Shown here piece by piece: positions 20,510 to 31,459 of a stretch of DNA of 64,000 nt (positions are counted from its first letter, which is position 1; every line of letters starts with the position of its first letter). The stretch comes from an uncultured virus (IMG/VR IMGVR_UViG_3300021599_001640). Taxonomy: Duplodnaviria > Heunggongvirae > Uroviricota > Caudoviricetes. A program made the position numbers and the translations under genes. Under the pieces are notes generated by a model. The model searched no databases, was not told the origin of the DNA, and was given only the letters and a program-made list of their open reading frames with translations. The DNA lies in IMG/VR virus record IMGVR_UViG_3300021599_001640. One strand, given 5' to 3'.

Positions 20510-21628
20510 ATGCCTATAACCAGAGACATTTTCAGAGCAACAATGGAAGGTGGTGGAAGTGTAACTTTCATTGCTCCTGACACTTCAAATTTTGAAACTA
20601 CCTGGACAACACCTGCGAAAATTTCAAAAGTTTCTGTTGAAGGTGAAGGTGGTGTTGGAAATCCAGGTGGTGAAGGAATTGCTGGATCTGGAGGAAATGC
20701 TGGTGTAGGTAATGATGGAAACGCAGGCCGCTGCGGTGGTGGCGGAGGTGGTGGTGGTGCATGTTCAACCGCAGGAGATTTTAGAACCCAAGATGGTGCC
20801 TCAGGAAATCCCGGTACTTTTCCTGGAGGAGGTGGAGGTGCTGGAGGAGCAAAACGAGCTTCACTAAGTTACGGTACTTCCCCTAGACCCTCAGCAACTG
20901 CCACTGCAGGTTCTTCTGGTGGTGGCGGTACAAATGGAAATCCAGGCACTACTACTTCTGCAGGTTCTGGTGGTTCTGGTGGTTTTGGTCCTAGTGGTAA
21001 CCCAGGAAGAGCTAGTACTGTTTTTGGAATATCCTTTCCAGGGGGAGCTGGAGGTTCTGGTGGATCCGGAAATAATGGTACTCCAGGAACTAATGGTGGG
21101 GCTGGTACTGGTGGAGCCGGTGGTTCTGGTGGTGGCGGCGGCGGAGCTGGAAGTATTAATGCTGGAACATTTACTTCGGCTAGTGGAAATACTAGTTTCG
21201 GTGGTCCTGGTGGATTGGGAGCAGGAGACATATTTCCCGTAGTTTCATCCAGAACAGGAAATCCTGGAGGCAGTGGACCCGGAAGAACGGGTACAGGTTC
21301 TGCGACTGGTGGAGGAGGTGGAGGAGGCGGCTTCGCGGCCGACGGTCAACGTGGCGGCGATGGTGGTTCAGGTGGATCAGTAACCCCACCAACAAATGCT
21401 CCACAGATCAAATCTGCTGGCGGTGGAGGAGGTGGAGGAGGTGCTTCAAATCCAGGTAATGCAGGATTTGATGGTGATTTTGGAAATCCAGGAGATTCTA
21501 ATCCCGGTAATGATGGAAGTCCAGCAAATCCAACTACTGCAAGTGATATTGCAGTTACCCCTCTAACTAATTATCCAGTTTCTGTTGCTGCTGGTGGATA
21601 CATAACAATCACTTGGGGTTCCCAATAA
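20510..21628 (+). CDS. Glycine-rich fibre-associated protein with GNPG repeats
   Basis: Very high Gly content, about 8 G/S-NPG units, C-terminal G.ITI.W. Confidence 0.7.
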   Translation: MPITRDIFRATMEGGGSVTFIAPDTSNFETTWTTPAKISKVSVEGEGGVGNPGGEGIAGSGGNAGVGNDGNAGRCGGGGGGGGACSTAGDFRTQDGASGNPGTFPGGGGGAGGAKRASLSYGTSPRPSATATAGSSGGGGTNGNPGTTTSAGSGGSGGFGPSGNPGRASTVFGISFPGGAGGSGGSGNNGTPGTNGGAGTGGAGGSGGGGGGAGSINAGTFTSASGNTSFGGPGGLGAGDIFPVVSSRTGNPGGSGPGRTGTGSATGGGGGGGGFAADGQRGGDGGSGGSVTPPTNAPQIKSAGGGGGGGGASNPGNAGFDGDFGNPGDSNPGNDGSPANPTTASDIAVTPLTNYPVSVAAGGYITITWGSQ

Positions 21629-21654
21629 ATAGAAGTACTTACTGAAAATTAATT

Positions 21655-22107
21655 ATGGCACCTAAGAAAACATCAAAAACAAGACAGAAAATCCATCAAC
21701 TTTATGAAGAAAACGAACTCGCAAATTTAGAGTCAAATAGAAATAGAGCGAGATCATTTTCAGTAGGAACAACCACTGGTGGAATCTTAGAAATAAGTAT
21801 GAGAGGTGACTATTCTCATCTTTGGTATATACTCCAACCTGTAGAAGCTGTAGAGATAATTAACCAATTGGCAGCTGCAACTGGATTAGAAGTTGCGATG
21901 AGACCCAGACAAGATTTTGCCACTTGGAGAGGATGGGACACCGATACTCCAAATGGTGCTTTTTGGGTGGGAGCTGCTGCTTGGCAACTAAAGGAAGAAG
22001 ATAGACTTAAAATAGAGGAAACGAAAATGAAAAATATAAAATCAATTGAACCAGTAAATGAAAATGATGAAGTAAAAGAAGAAAGTGAAGTAAATGACGA
22101 AGAATGA
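21655..22107 (+). CDS. Hypothetical protein
   Basis: 150 aa ORF downstream of a late-promoter-like AATAAATA. Confidence 0.7.
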   Translation: MAPKKTSKTRQKIHQLYEENELANLESNRNRARSFSVGTTTGGILEISMRGDYSHLWYILQPVEAVEIINQLAAATGLEVAMRPRQDFATWRGWDTDTPNGAFWVGAAAWQLKEEDRLKIEETKMKNIKSIEPVNENDEVKEESEVNDEE

Positions 22108-22651
22108 TTTTTATGTTTTAGTAGATACTAATACGAAACAAATAATAAGTAAATTAGAACCACTCCCAGAATACTGGAAAAATATAGCTGGCCTAACCAA
22201 TTTTTCTGAAGAAGAATTAAAGGACTTAAGTTGGAGTGGGAATCCAGGTTTAGGATGGATTAAAATAACTTCAGAATTATTGGAAGACTATAGTTCATCT
22301 CCAGAAAATTTAACTCTGAATAAAAATCATTTTAAACAAATTATTTCCGATCATTTTGAATTAAAAAAGGAAATAGGTGTTACTTATAAAAATATAAGGT
22401 GTCCTGTTAATAAAACTACTATTTTTGATTTAAATATTAAAAATTTACAAGCCGATCAAAGTCCAGAAAAAACATTTGTTTATAAGATAATAAACGATTA
22501 TTATTCATTCCGTGCAGAAGAAATAAAAGAATTGTGTGATCTTATAAATCAACATGATATTGAATTATCACTATCAGAAATGAACATTTTTAAAGAAATT
22601 GAATCTTGTTCGACAGTACACGAGCTATCTAAAATTAATTATGATCTCTGA
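22094..22651 (+). CDS. Tail fibre assembly-like protein (DUF4376-like)
   Basis: PLPEYWKNIAGL N-terminus, helical C-terminus ending IESC.T..EL..I; position after fibre genes. Confidence 0.5.
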   Translation: MTKNDFYVLVDTNTKQIISKLEPLPEYWKNIAGLTNFSEEELKDLSWSGNPGLGWIKITSELLEDYSSSPENLTLNKNHFKQIISDHFELKKEIGVTYKNIRCPVNKTTIFDLNIKNLQADQSPEKTFVYKIINDYYSFRAEEIKELCDLINQHDIELSLSEMNIFKEIESCSTVHELSKINYDL

Positions 22652-23312
22652 CTTTTTTTCATATAAAAATTCTTTAGATGATATCTATCAATTCCAAGTA
22701 TTATCTAACGGATCAACTAGTGGATATTGGTATTTAAATCCTAAAGAGACTGTAAGTTATTCAACAGAAGATAATATCTTTGGTCCTGAAGAAATAAGGG
22801 CAATTATCTTTATTTCAAAAAAACTAAAAAAACAATATGGAACTGTTGGATCCGACGAAAAAGAAATTGTTATTAAGAAAATAAGAACATCTTCAATATG
22901 TTGGATGCCAATGAACTGCAATACAGATTGGATCTATAGAAGATTGACTGATTATGTCATTAATCACAACAAGACATATTTTGATTTTGATTTAACAAAA
23001 ATAGAATCTTTACAATTTACAGAATATAGAGGAGAAGAAACTGGACATTATTCCAAACATGTAGATCCAATGTTTTGGAATATACCAGAAGATCGAAAAT
23101 TGAGTTTCGTAGTTCAACTATCCGATCCTTCAACATATGAGGGAGGTGATTTATTATTATATTCTGGTATTTCTTCTGAACCAATAAAGATTGAAAAAAA
23201 GATAGGTAAAATAGTATTCTTTCCTTCCAATGTTTTACACGAAGTAACTCCAGTAACTAAAGGAACTCGACATACTCTAGTGGGTTGGGTTCATGGTCCC
23301 AAATTGAGGTAA
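22641..23312 (+). CDS. PKHD-type 2OG-Fe(II) oxygenase
   Basis: HYSKHVD, RKLS..VQLS..YEGGDL and HEVTPVTKGTR..LVGW motifs. Confidence 0.9.
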   Translation: MISDFFSYKNSLDDIYQFQVLSNGSTSGYWYLNPKETVSYSTEDNIFGPEEIRAIIFISKKLKKQYGTVGSDEKEIVIKKIRTSSICWMPMNCNTDWIYRRLTDYVINHNKTYFDFDLTKIESLQFTEYRGEETGHYSKHVDPMFWNIPEDRKLSFVVQLSDPSTYEGGDLLLYSGISSEPIKIEKKIGKIVFFPSNVLHEVTPVTKGTRHTLVGWVHGPKLR

Positions 23313-23318
23313 TTTTCA

Positions 23319-23897
23319 ATGAGTTTTAGTAAAAATGGTTATTATATTATAGAAAATTTTCTTAATCATGATTTTTTAAAATTTATAGAACAATATTTTT
23401 ATACAAGAATTAAATCTGGATTCAATGTCACCTATGGTGATGATCAAGCTCCAGGTAGTTGTTCATTTTATGGTGACCCTCTGATAGATACCATATTAGA
23501 AAATTCTAAAGAACATCTTTCTAAAGTAACAAATAAAATTTTGTTACCAACCTATAGTTACACAAGATTTTATGGTAAAGATGATGAACTTATAATTCAT
23601 AGAGATAGGCCATCATGTGAAATATCCGCTACACTATCACTAGCAATTCCCAATGGAGAAGAAATATCTCCAATTTACTTTAGTGAAAATGAAGATAAAA
23701 GTAATGCTGCAGAGATATTACTAAAACCAGGAGATTTATGTCTTTATAGAGGATGTGATTTATATCACTGGAGAGAACCATTCACTCAAAGATGGTATTT
23801 ACAATCTTTCTTACATTATGTCGATGCAGAAGGGCCACATGCAAAAAACATTTATGACGGTAGACCCTACTTAGGGTGTCCTCCCAAAAAAGACTAA
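23319..23897 (+). CDS. 2OG-Fe(II) oxygenase-like protein
   Basis: HRDRPSCEIS, HWRE and FLHYV motifs. Confidence 0.8.
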   Translation: MSFSKNGYYIIENFLNHDFLKFIEQYFYTRIKSGFNVTYGDDQAPGSCSFYGDPLIDTILENSKEHLSKVTNKILLPTYSYTRFYGKDDELIIHRDRPSCEISATLSLAIPNGEEISPIYFSENEDKSNAAEILLKPGDLCLYRGCDLYHWREPFTQRWYLQSFLHYVDAEGPHAKNIYDGRPYLGCPPKKD

Positions 23898-23928
23898 ATA
23901 AAGTGTCTGAGTTATTTTACCATTTAAA

Positions 23929-24109
23929 CATGACCGAAGAAAAATCACAAAATATTGACGAAATGATTGCTGAGATCACCAAACAAATCGAAGATCTCAG
24001 AGAAGAACTGATTGAAACAGAAAGAACGTTCAATCTTAAAAAAGAACAGTTCATTAAACTTCAAGGAGCTCTAGAAGCTTTTGAAGTAGTAAAGACTAAT
24101 AATCTTTGA
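23929..24109 (+). CDS. Small coiled-coil protein
   Basis: ATG at about 23929, MTEEKSQNIDEM...; heptad pattern. Confidence 0.6.
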
Positions 24110-24123
24110 AACTGCACAGAGTT

Positions 24124-24185
24124 ATTATAACCGCAATTGAAGGGGCTAGTCAACATTGACAATAGCCCCTTTTATTTTGTATAAT
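24124..24185. promoter_or_regulatory. Back-to-back divergent sigma70 promoters overlapping a terminator hairpin
   Basis: + strand TTGACA(24156)-18-TATAAT(24180); - strand TTGACT(24153)-18-TATAAT(24129); stem AGGGGCTA/TAGCCCCT followed by a T run. Confidence 0.65.
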
Positions 24186-24195
24186 TATTGGATTT

Positions 24196-24474
24196 ATGGA
24201 CGAAAAAAAATTACCAGAATTAATTGATGAAAATCAATATCCAGACTTTTGGGAACAAATAAAATCTTTTCAAGAGTTTGCTAAAGATGTGGGTCAAGGT
24301 GCTGCGTCTGGAAATGGATTTTTAGCGTCTAAAGAATTACAAGAAAAAAGAATTGAAATTTGTAATGAATGTCCAGATTACAACAAAGATCAAAAAAGAT
24401 GTTACAAATGTGGATGTTTTATGGAACATAAGATAAAATTTGCAAATGTAAAATGTCCAGCATCTAAGTGGTAA
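24196..24474 (+). CDS. Small Cys-rich protein (DUF6171-like)
   Basis: RIEICNEC..RCYKCGCF...KCPASKW. Confidence 0.65.
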   Translation: MDEKKLPELIDENQYPDFWEQIKSFQEFAKDVGQGAASGNGFLASKELQEKRIEICNECPDYNKDQKRCYKCGCFMEHKIKFANVKCPASKW

Positions 24475-24475
24475 C

Positions 24476-26107
24476 ATGTGTGGTTTTGGTCTGGTATTAT
24501 GTAAAAGAGATAAAATTGACTATGAGTTGATTCGTATTGCAGAAGATGATCTAGGTCTTCGTGGCCCATCTTCTGCGACTCACTATTTGAGTGAACAGGT
24601 TTATATGTATCAGTCAGTTCTTGCGATACAAACTGAACCTAAACATGAAAAGTCAATTGCAAATCTACCAATAAATTACAAAGTTACGTTGTATAACGGT
24701 GAGATTTATGATGAGACAAAATACTCCAATGACACAGATTACATTAAAAAAGAAGAGTTAGAAAAAATTCTACTCAACTGCGACGGAATGTTTTCTGTTG
24801 CGAATGTGGAAAAACATGGATCGTATTTCAACGTTGATGTTTATAGAGATGTGATTGGTGAAAAGAGGTGTTTTTACTACGATTCTCCTAGACTGTTTAT
24901 CATATCCTCAACTCCATCTTTTATTAAGGATGTGTTGGAAAAATATGGAGTTCCAATTAGAGTTAATAAAGTTGCTTTAAAAGATTACTTTTTAACAAGA
25001 CATTACATCTCAAATTCCACTTCAATTGAAGGAATTTATCAAGTACCGCCAGGCCATAAATTAACTTACAATAAACATTTAACTGTAGAAAGAGTTTGGT
25101 CTGGAAGAGATTATTTAAACACCGATCTAATATTTGAACTCAAGAATAAAAGTCAGCATGATTACACATTACAGGTAAATGAGTTATTGTTAAAAACTTT
25201 GCAAAAGATGCAAAAGTCTGTCCTTCCACATGTAAAGGTGTATTCAGTAGTTTCTGGTGGTGTCGATTCTTCTATTGTTACTCATTTTTTAGAACAGGCT
25301 GGAGTGAATGTTGAACGTGCAATTACTCTGACATTTAACCAAAAGGATCCTGTAGCTTTATCATCAAATAGACTATTCAAGAATCTTTCGTCTTTACAAC
25401 TACAGAGAAACATTGATATTGATGAGTATTATGAATCTTACTTGGAATGTTTAAAGTTATGTTGTTCTCCGATTCCATCCCATGATTTCGCTTCTGCAAA
25501 TATCATGTTTAGTATGGTCGAACCTGGATCAATACTTTATGGAGGAGAAGGTGCGGATGAATTGTTTTTGGGATACAAATATTACGAAAGTTCAAATAAA
25601 TCCCAATATACACTACCGATCAGAAATAATTTTATTCTCTCATTTGAGAAAGAAATTGAAGAGGATTTTAATTATGTGAAAGACTTTTTTAAAAATCATG
25701 GATTTTCAGAAAGAGATTCTTCTATCAAAGCTTGTTCTTATGTAGATTTCTTTCATCAGATGCCTAATGCAACATTAATGTCAACAGATCTTATTGGATC
25801 AAGTCATGGTATTGAGTGTAGGACTCCCTTTACTCGTAAAGATATAGTAACTTTTGCTTTAAATTCTCCAGTTTCTTTACTTCTTGGTAAATCATCTTTA
25901 GTTAAACTATTTGAAACTTGCTTTAACACAGTTCCGTTTGAAAAACGAGGTTTCTGTGGACATCCTAACGAGATGTTAAGGTACTTGCCTAACGGGCTCT
26001 GCAAGTCTTATAGTACTTTTGGTACGGATAGGTTTGAATCCTCTGACAGAGATATTGCATGGAAGTATATCAATACTGAATTTTTCTTAAATAATGTAGC
26101 TGGATAA
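24476..26107 (+). CDS. Asparagine synthetase-like glutamine amidotransferase
   Basis: N-terminal MCG (Ntn nucleophile), RGP, YNGEIY, SGGVDSS PP-loop, GEGADELFLGY and E.RTPF motifs. Confidence 0.85.
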   Translation: MCGFGLVLCKRDKIDYELIRIAEDDLGLRGPSSATHYLSEQVYMYQSVLAIQTEPKHEKSIANLPINYKVTLYNGEIYDETKYSNDTDYIKKEELEKILLNCDGMFSVANVEKHGSYFNVDVYRDVIGEKRCFYYDSPRLFIISSTPSFIKDVLEKYGVPIRVNKVALKDYFLTRHYISNSTSIEGIYQVPPGHKLTYNKHLTVERVWSGRDYLNTDLIFELKNKSQHDYTLQVNELLLKTLQKMQKSVLPHVKVYSVVSGGVDSSIVTHFLEQAGVNVERAITLTFNQKDPVALSSNRLFKNLSSLQLQRNIDIDEYYESYLECLKLCCSPIPSHDFASANIMFSMVEPGSILYGGEGADELFLGYKYYESSNKSQYTLPIRNNFILSFEKEIEEDFNYVKDFFKNHGFSERDSSIKACSYVDFFHQMPNATLMSTDLIGSSHGIECRTPFTRKDIVTFALNSPVSLLLGKSSLVKLFETCFNTVPFEKRGFCGHPNEMLRYLPNGLCKSYSTFGTDRFESSDRDIAWKYINTEFFLNNVAG

Positions 26108-27469
26108 GTAACATGGGGATGTTTGACTATTTCAGATCATCATACGATCTTGGTAAAGAATTTACGAATGTAGTATGTCAAACCAAGGATATTGAAGATG
26201 GTTATGGTGGCACAATGACCGATTACTGGTTAGATCCCTCGGGAAAGTTGTGGTATCCAAGTTATAGTGGTTGTTATACGATGGAAATCTTTGAAGAAGA
26301 TCATCCAAAGTATGATCCAAAACGTAAATGGATGAACTTTGAATGGGTTCGCACTGGCAGTCGTGGTAAAGTAATTCTGTGTTATATTACCAAATATATT
26401 GAAGTGTATCCAGAAAATTGGAAAGGTGAGTGGGAAGACTGGCCAAGAATGAGATTACACTTTAAGTATGGAATCATACAAGATTTCGAAAATGTCACAG
26501 GGAAATACAAATGAAATACCTACTTTTCTTACTACTACTTACTCCAACGCAAGTGTATTCACAACAAGTAAACGATTATCAAACTTGTACAAAGTATCGT
26601 GAAGTTTACACTCCTGGTTACTATGATAGATATGGTAATTATGTACAAGGAAATGTTTCTACTCAGTCATACCAAGTCCCTTGCGGAAATGGACCCGTCA
26701 ATTATCAGCCACGTAGAGTTGATAATTATGGGAACAATTATTATCGCCGCGGTTACTGTAATCCTACTCAGGCGACCCTAGGCGCACTTCTAGGGGGTGG
26801 TGTGGGTGCTGCACTATCTAGAGGTGATGGACGTTGGTGGGCGATCCCTGTAGGCGCTGCCGTAGGTGGTACAATTTTTGGATGTAACTAAAAATGAATT
26901 TAATTAATTTTAAACACCGTGAAGACTTTGGACACGAATGGTATGTTCAGGTTCTAAATGCAAAAGGTTGGAGTTTGCTTCAAGCATCTGTAAGTTGGAA
27001 TGATTATCCTGGATGGCCTTACATCAAGATTAGTTCTGGAACTGGTTCTACTTTGAGTATTATGTTCTGGGCATATAAGTTTGGTTTTGATATTGGTATT
27101 ATTGAACGCACTTGGAAGTGGGATTACTTAGAGGAACTAGATGAAAACGAAACTGAACTGGATTGAGTATTATTTCGGTCACTGCTTCCAGACTGGTTGG
27201 AGGGAGATGTGGAACAACTTCAAGATGTGGAGAGACCTCATTAGTGGAAATTATAAAGACTATGCCCTACTTTCAACTGATGACCCTTATGAAGAATGTT
27301 ATCAATGGTTCTGGTGTAGTATCAATATGGATGAAACTTATCCCAAAGAGTTTTTAGAATACTTGATGGAAATGTGTGATCGTATTGATCGTGGAGAAGA
27401 GAAATTGATTCCGTTGACTGAAGATTTTATGGATGATTTGAAAAAAATGTTAGAAGAATCTAATGAAGA

Positions 27470-27526
27470 GGACACTTGAGGAACTGTCCATCGACCCTTG
27501 ACTTTTACAACCAGAATCTTTATAGT
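27470..27526 (+). promoter_or_regulatory. Dyad-promoter cassette, copy 2
   Basis: GGACAC-TTGAGGAA-CTGTCC, then TTGACT(27498)-17-TATAGT(27521). Confidence 0.85.
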
Positions 27527-30500
27527 ATGAATATACAAATCTAGATCAATGACTTACAAAGCAACACTGAAAGTTCACTTTGATACTGAATGGACTCCTA
27601 GTTATGGTGGGTCTGGAATCTATGATGATGAAACTCTTCCAGAGGAACATTATACCTTTGAGATTCCTTGTCATGACATCAATACCATTCAACTGTTCCG
27701 TTTCTTTGGAAATATTGCCCGAACAATGGGGCACTGTGAACAAGGTATTATGAAAGGAGCTTGTTCACTTGCATTTAATGATATGCGTGGTGAAGAAGAA
27801 ATGCGTAAGGTTGCTGAAGAGTTTGATATGAAACTTGCAGAAGATTATGCAAAAGAGTTTCGTAAGTTGGAAGATGAAATTTATGATCTGAAAGCTAAAC
27901 TTTCTCGTCTCGAACAACCTGAGAATTCTCAATATACTGATGAAGAAATGGCAGCCATTACTCATCAGGAATGGAAAGGTCTTGTTCCTGGTAGCAATTC
28001 TGCTGTGATGAAGGGATGTAAGTGTCCTGTAATGGATAACGAAGAGATGCCTGAAGATCGTAAATGGGTAAATGGCGACTGCCCTCTACATGGTAAACAA
28101 AAATGAAACCTAACTTTCGTAAAGTCCTTAGTATGGCCCTTGAAGAAGGTGTCAGGTATGGATACAATCGTGCCCACAAACATGTAGAGAATCCACACGA
28201 AGATGCAGTGGTTGATCTAGTGGTTGAGGGTGCAATGAACTCTATCTACGAATGGTTTGAATTTGAGGAGAATCATGTCTCTGATTGACACAATTAATCA
28301 TTTCATTCAAGACCAAGAAGGACATCTTCAGTGTCTTGAATGGGATATTCGTGAAGAAACTAATCAAGAAGAACCACAACTTGATTGGTATTGTGAAGAG
28401 TATGACCTGTGTAAAGAACGCATAGAACATCTACAACAAATCAAATCTGAACTTGCTCGTCTTCAACGCTATGATGATGAACTTTCATCTGTAATGCCTG
28501 AGGACTACAAAGATTGGTGGCAGAACTCTAAGGAAGAGTGGCCTGAGGTTGCTAAAGGTTCTATTGAGAATCTACGTGAACGTGAAGAACTTGCTTGGAA
28601 ACAACTGGAGGCACAACAATGAGCGGCGGACACTTTAATGATTGTGGTTACGATTACTACAAGGTAGCACAGTTTGCTGATGAGTTGGAAGTAGAAATCC
28701 AAAACAACAACAAAAAACTGGATGAATATGAGTATGCTCCCAATTTTTCACCAGAAACTATCAAGTATTTGAGGAAGCAACTTCGTCAGATGCGTAAGGT
28801 AGCAGAGATCATGAGGCATATTGATTATCTGTATTCTGGTGATCATGGTGAAGATAGTTTTATGCATCGTGTAAAAGAAGTAGAGAAACACTGGGAGGAG
28901 ATTGAAGAGATAGTTACACGCATGGATAATCATCCAGATGGATGGAATGAAACTGGAGACGGTGTGTGAAACTTCCATATGTGCTAAAATCGTGGTATTA
29001 TCACATCACAGGATACTGGGAGAAGAAACTACCACATCTGCCTGGTGCTAATTCTAAACAATTTTGGAACATTATTAACGGTAATTGATTATGGTTGAGA
29101 AAGTAAAGTTTGTAACGGTCACTCGTGTGATTGATGACCGCAAAGGTATTCATTACCTGGATGCTATTGATGAGAATGGTATCCACTGGACTGCTGAATT
29201 GGATAACAAACAAGAGAAATGGTTAGTATATACTAAACTATGGACTAGAGATCCTCAACATCCTTACGATTTATGAAAAACTATCGTATCAAAAAAGTAA
29301 CAGACGGACACTCAACCAGATATTATCCACAACACAAAAGATATGGATTGTTTTGGTATAATCTATTTGTAGATGAATATAGGGATGGTGATTATTCTAC
29401 ATTTGAAGAAGCACAGTGGCACCTTTGCAACTATTTGAGAGAACCTGTGATAGAATATTTGTCCTTTGATTGTGATTGTGGAGAAAACTAATGACTGAAT
29501 GTGTGTCTGACCCAAAAACTTGGATTGATGTGGCTCAACTAGCAGTTTTTATGGTTCCTGTCTCCATTTTTCTTTGGAGAGTATCACAATAATGACCGAC
29601 CTAAAACTCTGTAAGGATTGTAAGCACTACAAGAAAGATTGGTTTGAGCATCTTACTGGTGGTGGAGACCGATTTGATATGTGCCTCAATCCAGTAGTGA
29701 GTGGCAATCTGGTGACTGGAAAAGTCAAAGGTGGTCGTTTTTGTGATATGATGAGATTGCCTTATGGTAGATGTGGTAATGAAGGTAAGTATTGGGAGGC
29801 ACGGAAATAATGAAAGTTTATGATTACCGAATTGTAGAAGACCTCAATTTAAAAACTTTGAAACCTTATTTTTTCATTCAGTATTATCATCTTGCTGAAA
29901 AAAAATATATTCTTCACTCAGATGCTACATTCCAAACACTTCAAGAAGCACAAGAAGCAATACGACTACTGAGAAAATACAACGAACCTGTGTATCATTA
30001 TGTTGAGGATTGAAATGATTGAAACTAAACCAATTACGAACAGAAGACCAACAAAAGAAGATGCTAATGGATTTGGGTTAGTTCAGTATTATCGTAATGA
30101 TTTTGGTGTATGGGGATATGATTACTGGTATAATGTAAGAACCGATGGTTGGGCACACACATCAAATTGGAGACCTCAAAATGATTGAAATTACCAAAAA
30201 CTACAAACTCACACTCACAGAAGACCAAGCACGACAACTCCATTCTATGCTAAAAGCTAATAAGGAACTATTGGATATTGGGTCTGGGTATGACGAACTG
30301 CGACCACTTTATCGGGAACTAAAAGAACTCTTTGATAATGGGATACGATGATTGAACCAACAGATACAGAAATCCTTGAGTTTCTACTCAATCAGTTCAA
30401 ACCACATTCTCTTAAAATGAATGGTGAGAGTGATTGGGTGTTTATTAATAGTGGATTTCCTATGAATAGAGCAAAAGGTAAAAGTGCCCGTGATGCTGTG

Positions 30501-31098
30501 ATTGCTGCTATGGAGGCAAAATGACTGAAAGACTAAATCATAATCTTAATGTAGATACAATCAAAACAATTAAAGATGTGAAGAATATCTTTGATACTAT
30601 GGAATTGGTTGCTTCTATGGATAAAGATAATCCAAAATATGAAGTCGCAAAGGAATACTTTACAATTCCTTATGTTCCACCTGAACTTAAATTACCAACA
30701 CCACGCAAGAGTATTGAAGAAATCCAACAAGAACTGGATGAGAAGATTGATGCTCTCATAAAGGCAACAAAAGAAAAGTTTGATTGTTCCCAATATTTTG
30801 CTGGAAAAAGATATAACGAAAAGTTTGATAGGATTATTCAGGACTTTGAGTATGCGAAGGAACACGGAAGCTTTCCACAAAAACTTACTCTTGGTTACTC
30901 CAAGTTTGATTACTCCAATTTTGTTGTGACTGGTAGTTCTGTGGAATCCTCTTTTGTAATCAAACAGGGGAAAACCCACGAAGGTTATTATACGAATGGA
31001 AACCGTAGATATTTGAAGTATTATATGCCTGATAAACCGAATATGATTGTTCGTTTCTTTATGAAAACTTGTTTGGGCTTTGTGTGGGTTGATGAGAA

Positions 31099-31155
31099 GG
31101 ACACTTGAAGAACTGGCACAGGGAGACCCCACAAGGTCTCCTATTGGTCTATAAT
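31099..31155 (+). promoter_or_regulatory. Dyad-promoter cassette, copy 3
   Basis: GGACAC-TTGAAGAA-CTGGCA; TATAAT at 31150. Confidence 0.85.
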
Positions 31156-31402
31156 ACTCTCATAAGCAACCAAACCGATGATTGACCTCTCTCAACTGAA
31201 TGTAGAACAACTCAAAGAACTTGAACTTCAAATTCAGAAACTTACAAATAAAGGGAAACTTGACCCGAACATTTTTGCTGATTATCTGTGTGATAATCTT
31301 GTTACAGACCTGATTAGGGATTTTGAATTGTATGGTTATGAGGATGTGAGTTATCCTAATGTGGAAGTAGCAACAAAACAAGAAATTGAAGAGAAGTTTT
31401 GA

Positions 31403-31459
31403 GGACACTTGAAGAACTGGCACAGGGACACTCCAAAGCCCCCTGTGATGCCTTATAAT
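31403..31459 (+). promoter_or_regulatory. Dyad-promoter cassette, copy 4
   Basis: Same dyad as copy 3; TATAAT at 31454. Confidence 0.85.

Noticed and set aside
13321..21628. DGR target or template repeats in the fibre genes
   Set aside because: No reverse transcriptase, and I saw no pair of repeats differing only at adenines.
24196..26107. Lasso-peptide cluster (Cys peptide plus Asn-synthetase homolog)
   Set aside because: The enzyme retains the N-terminal Cys glutaminase domain, and there is no leader peptidase, RRE or lasso-like precursor.
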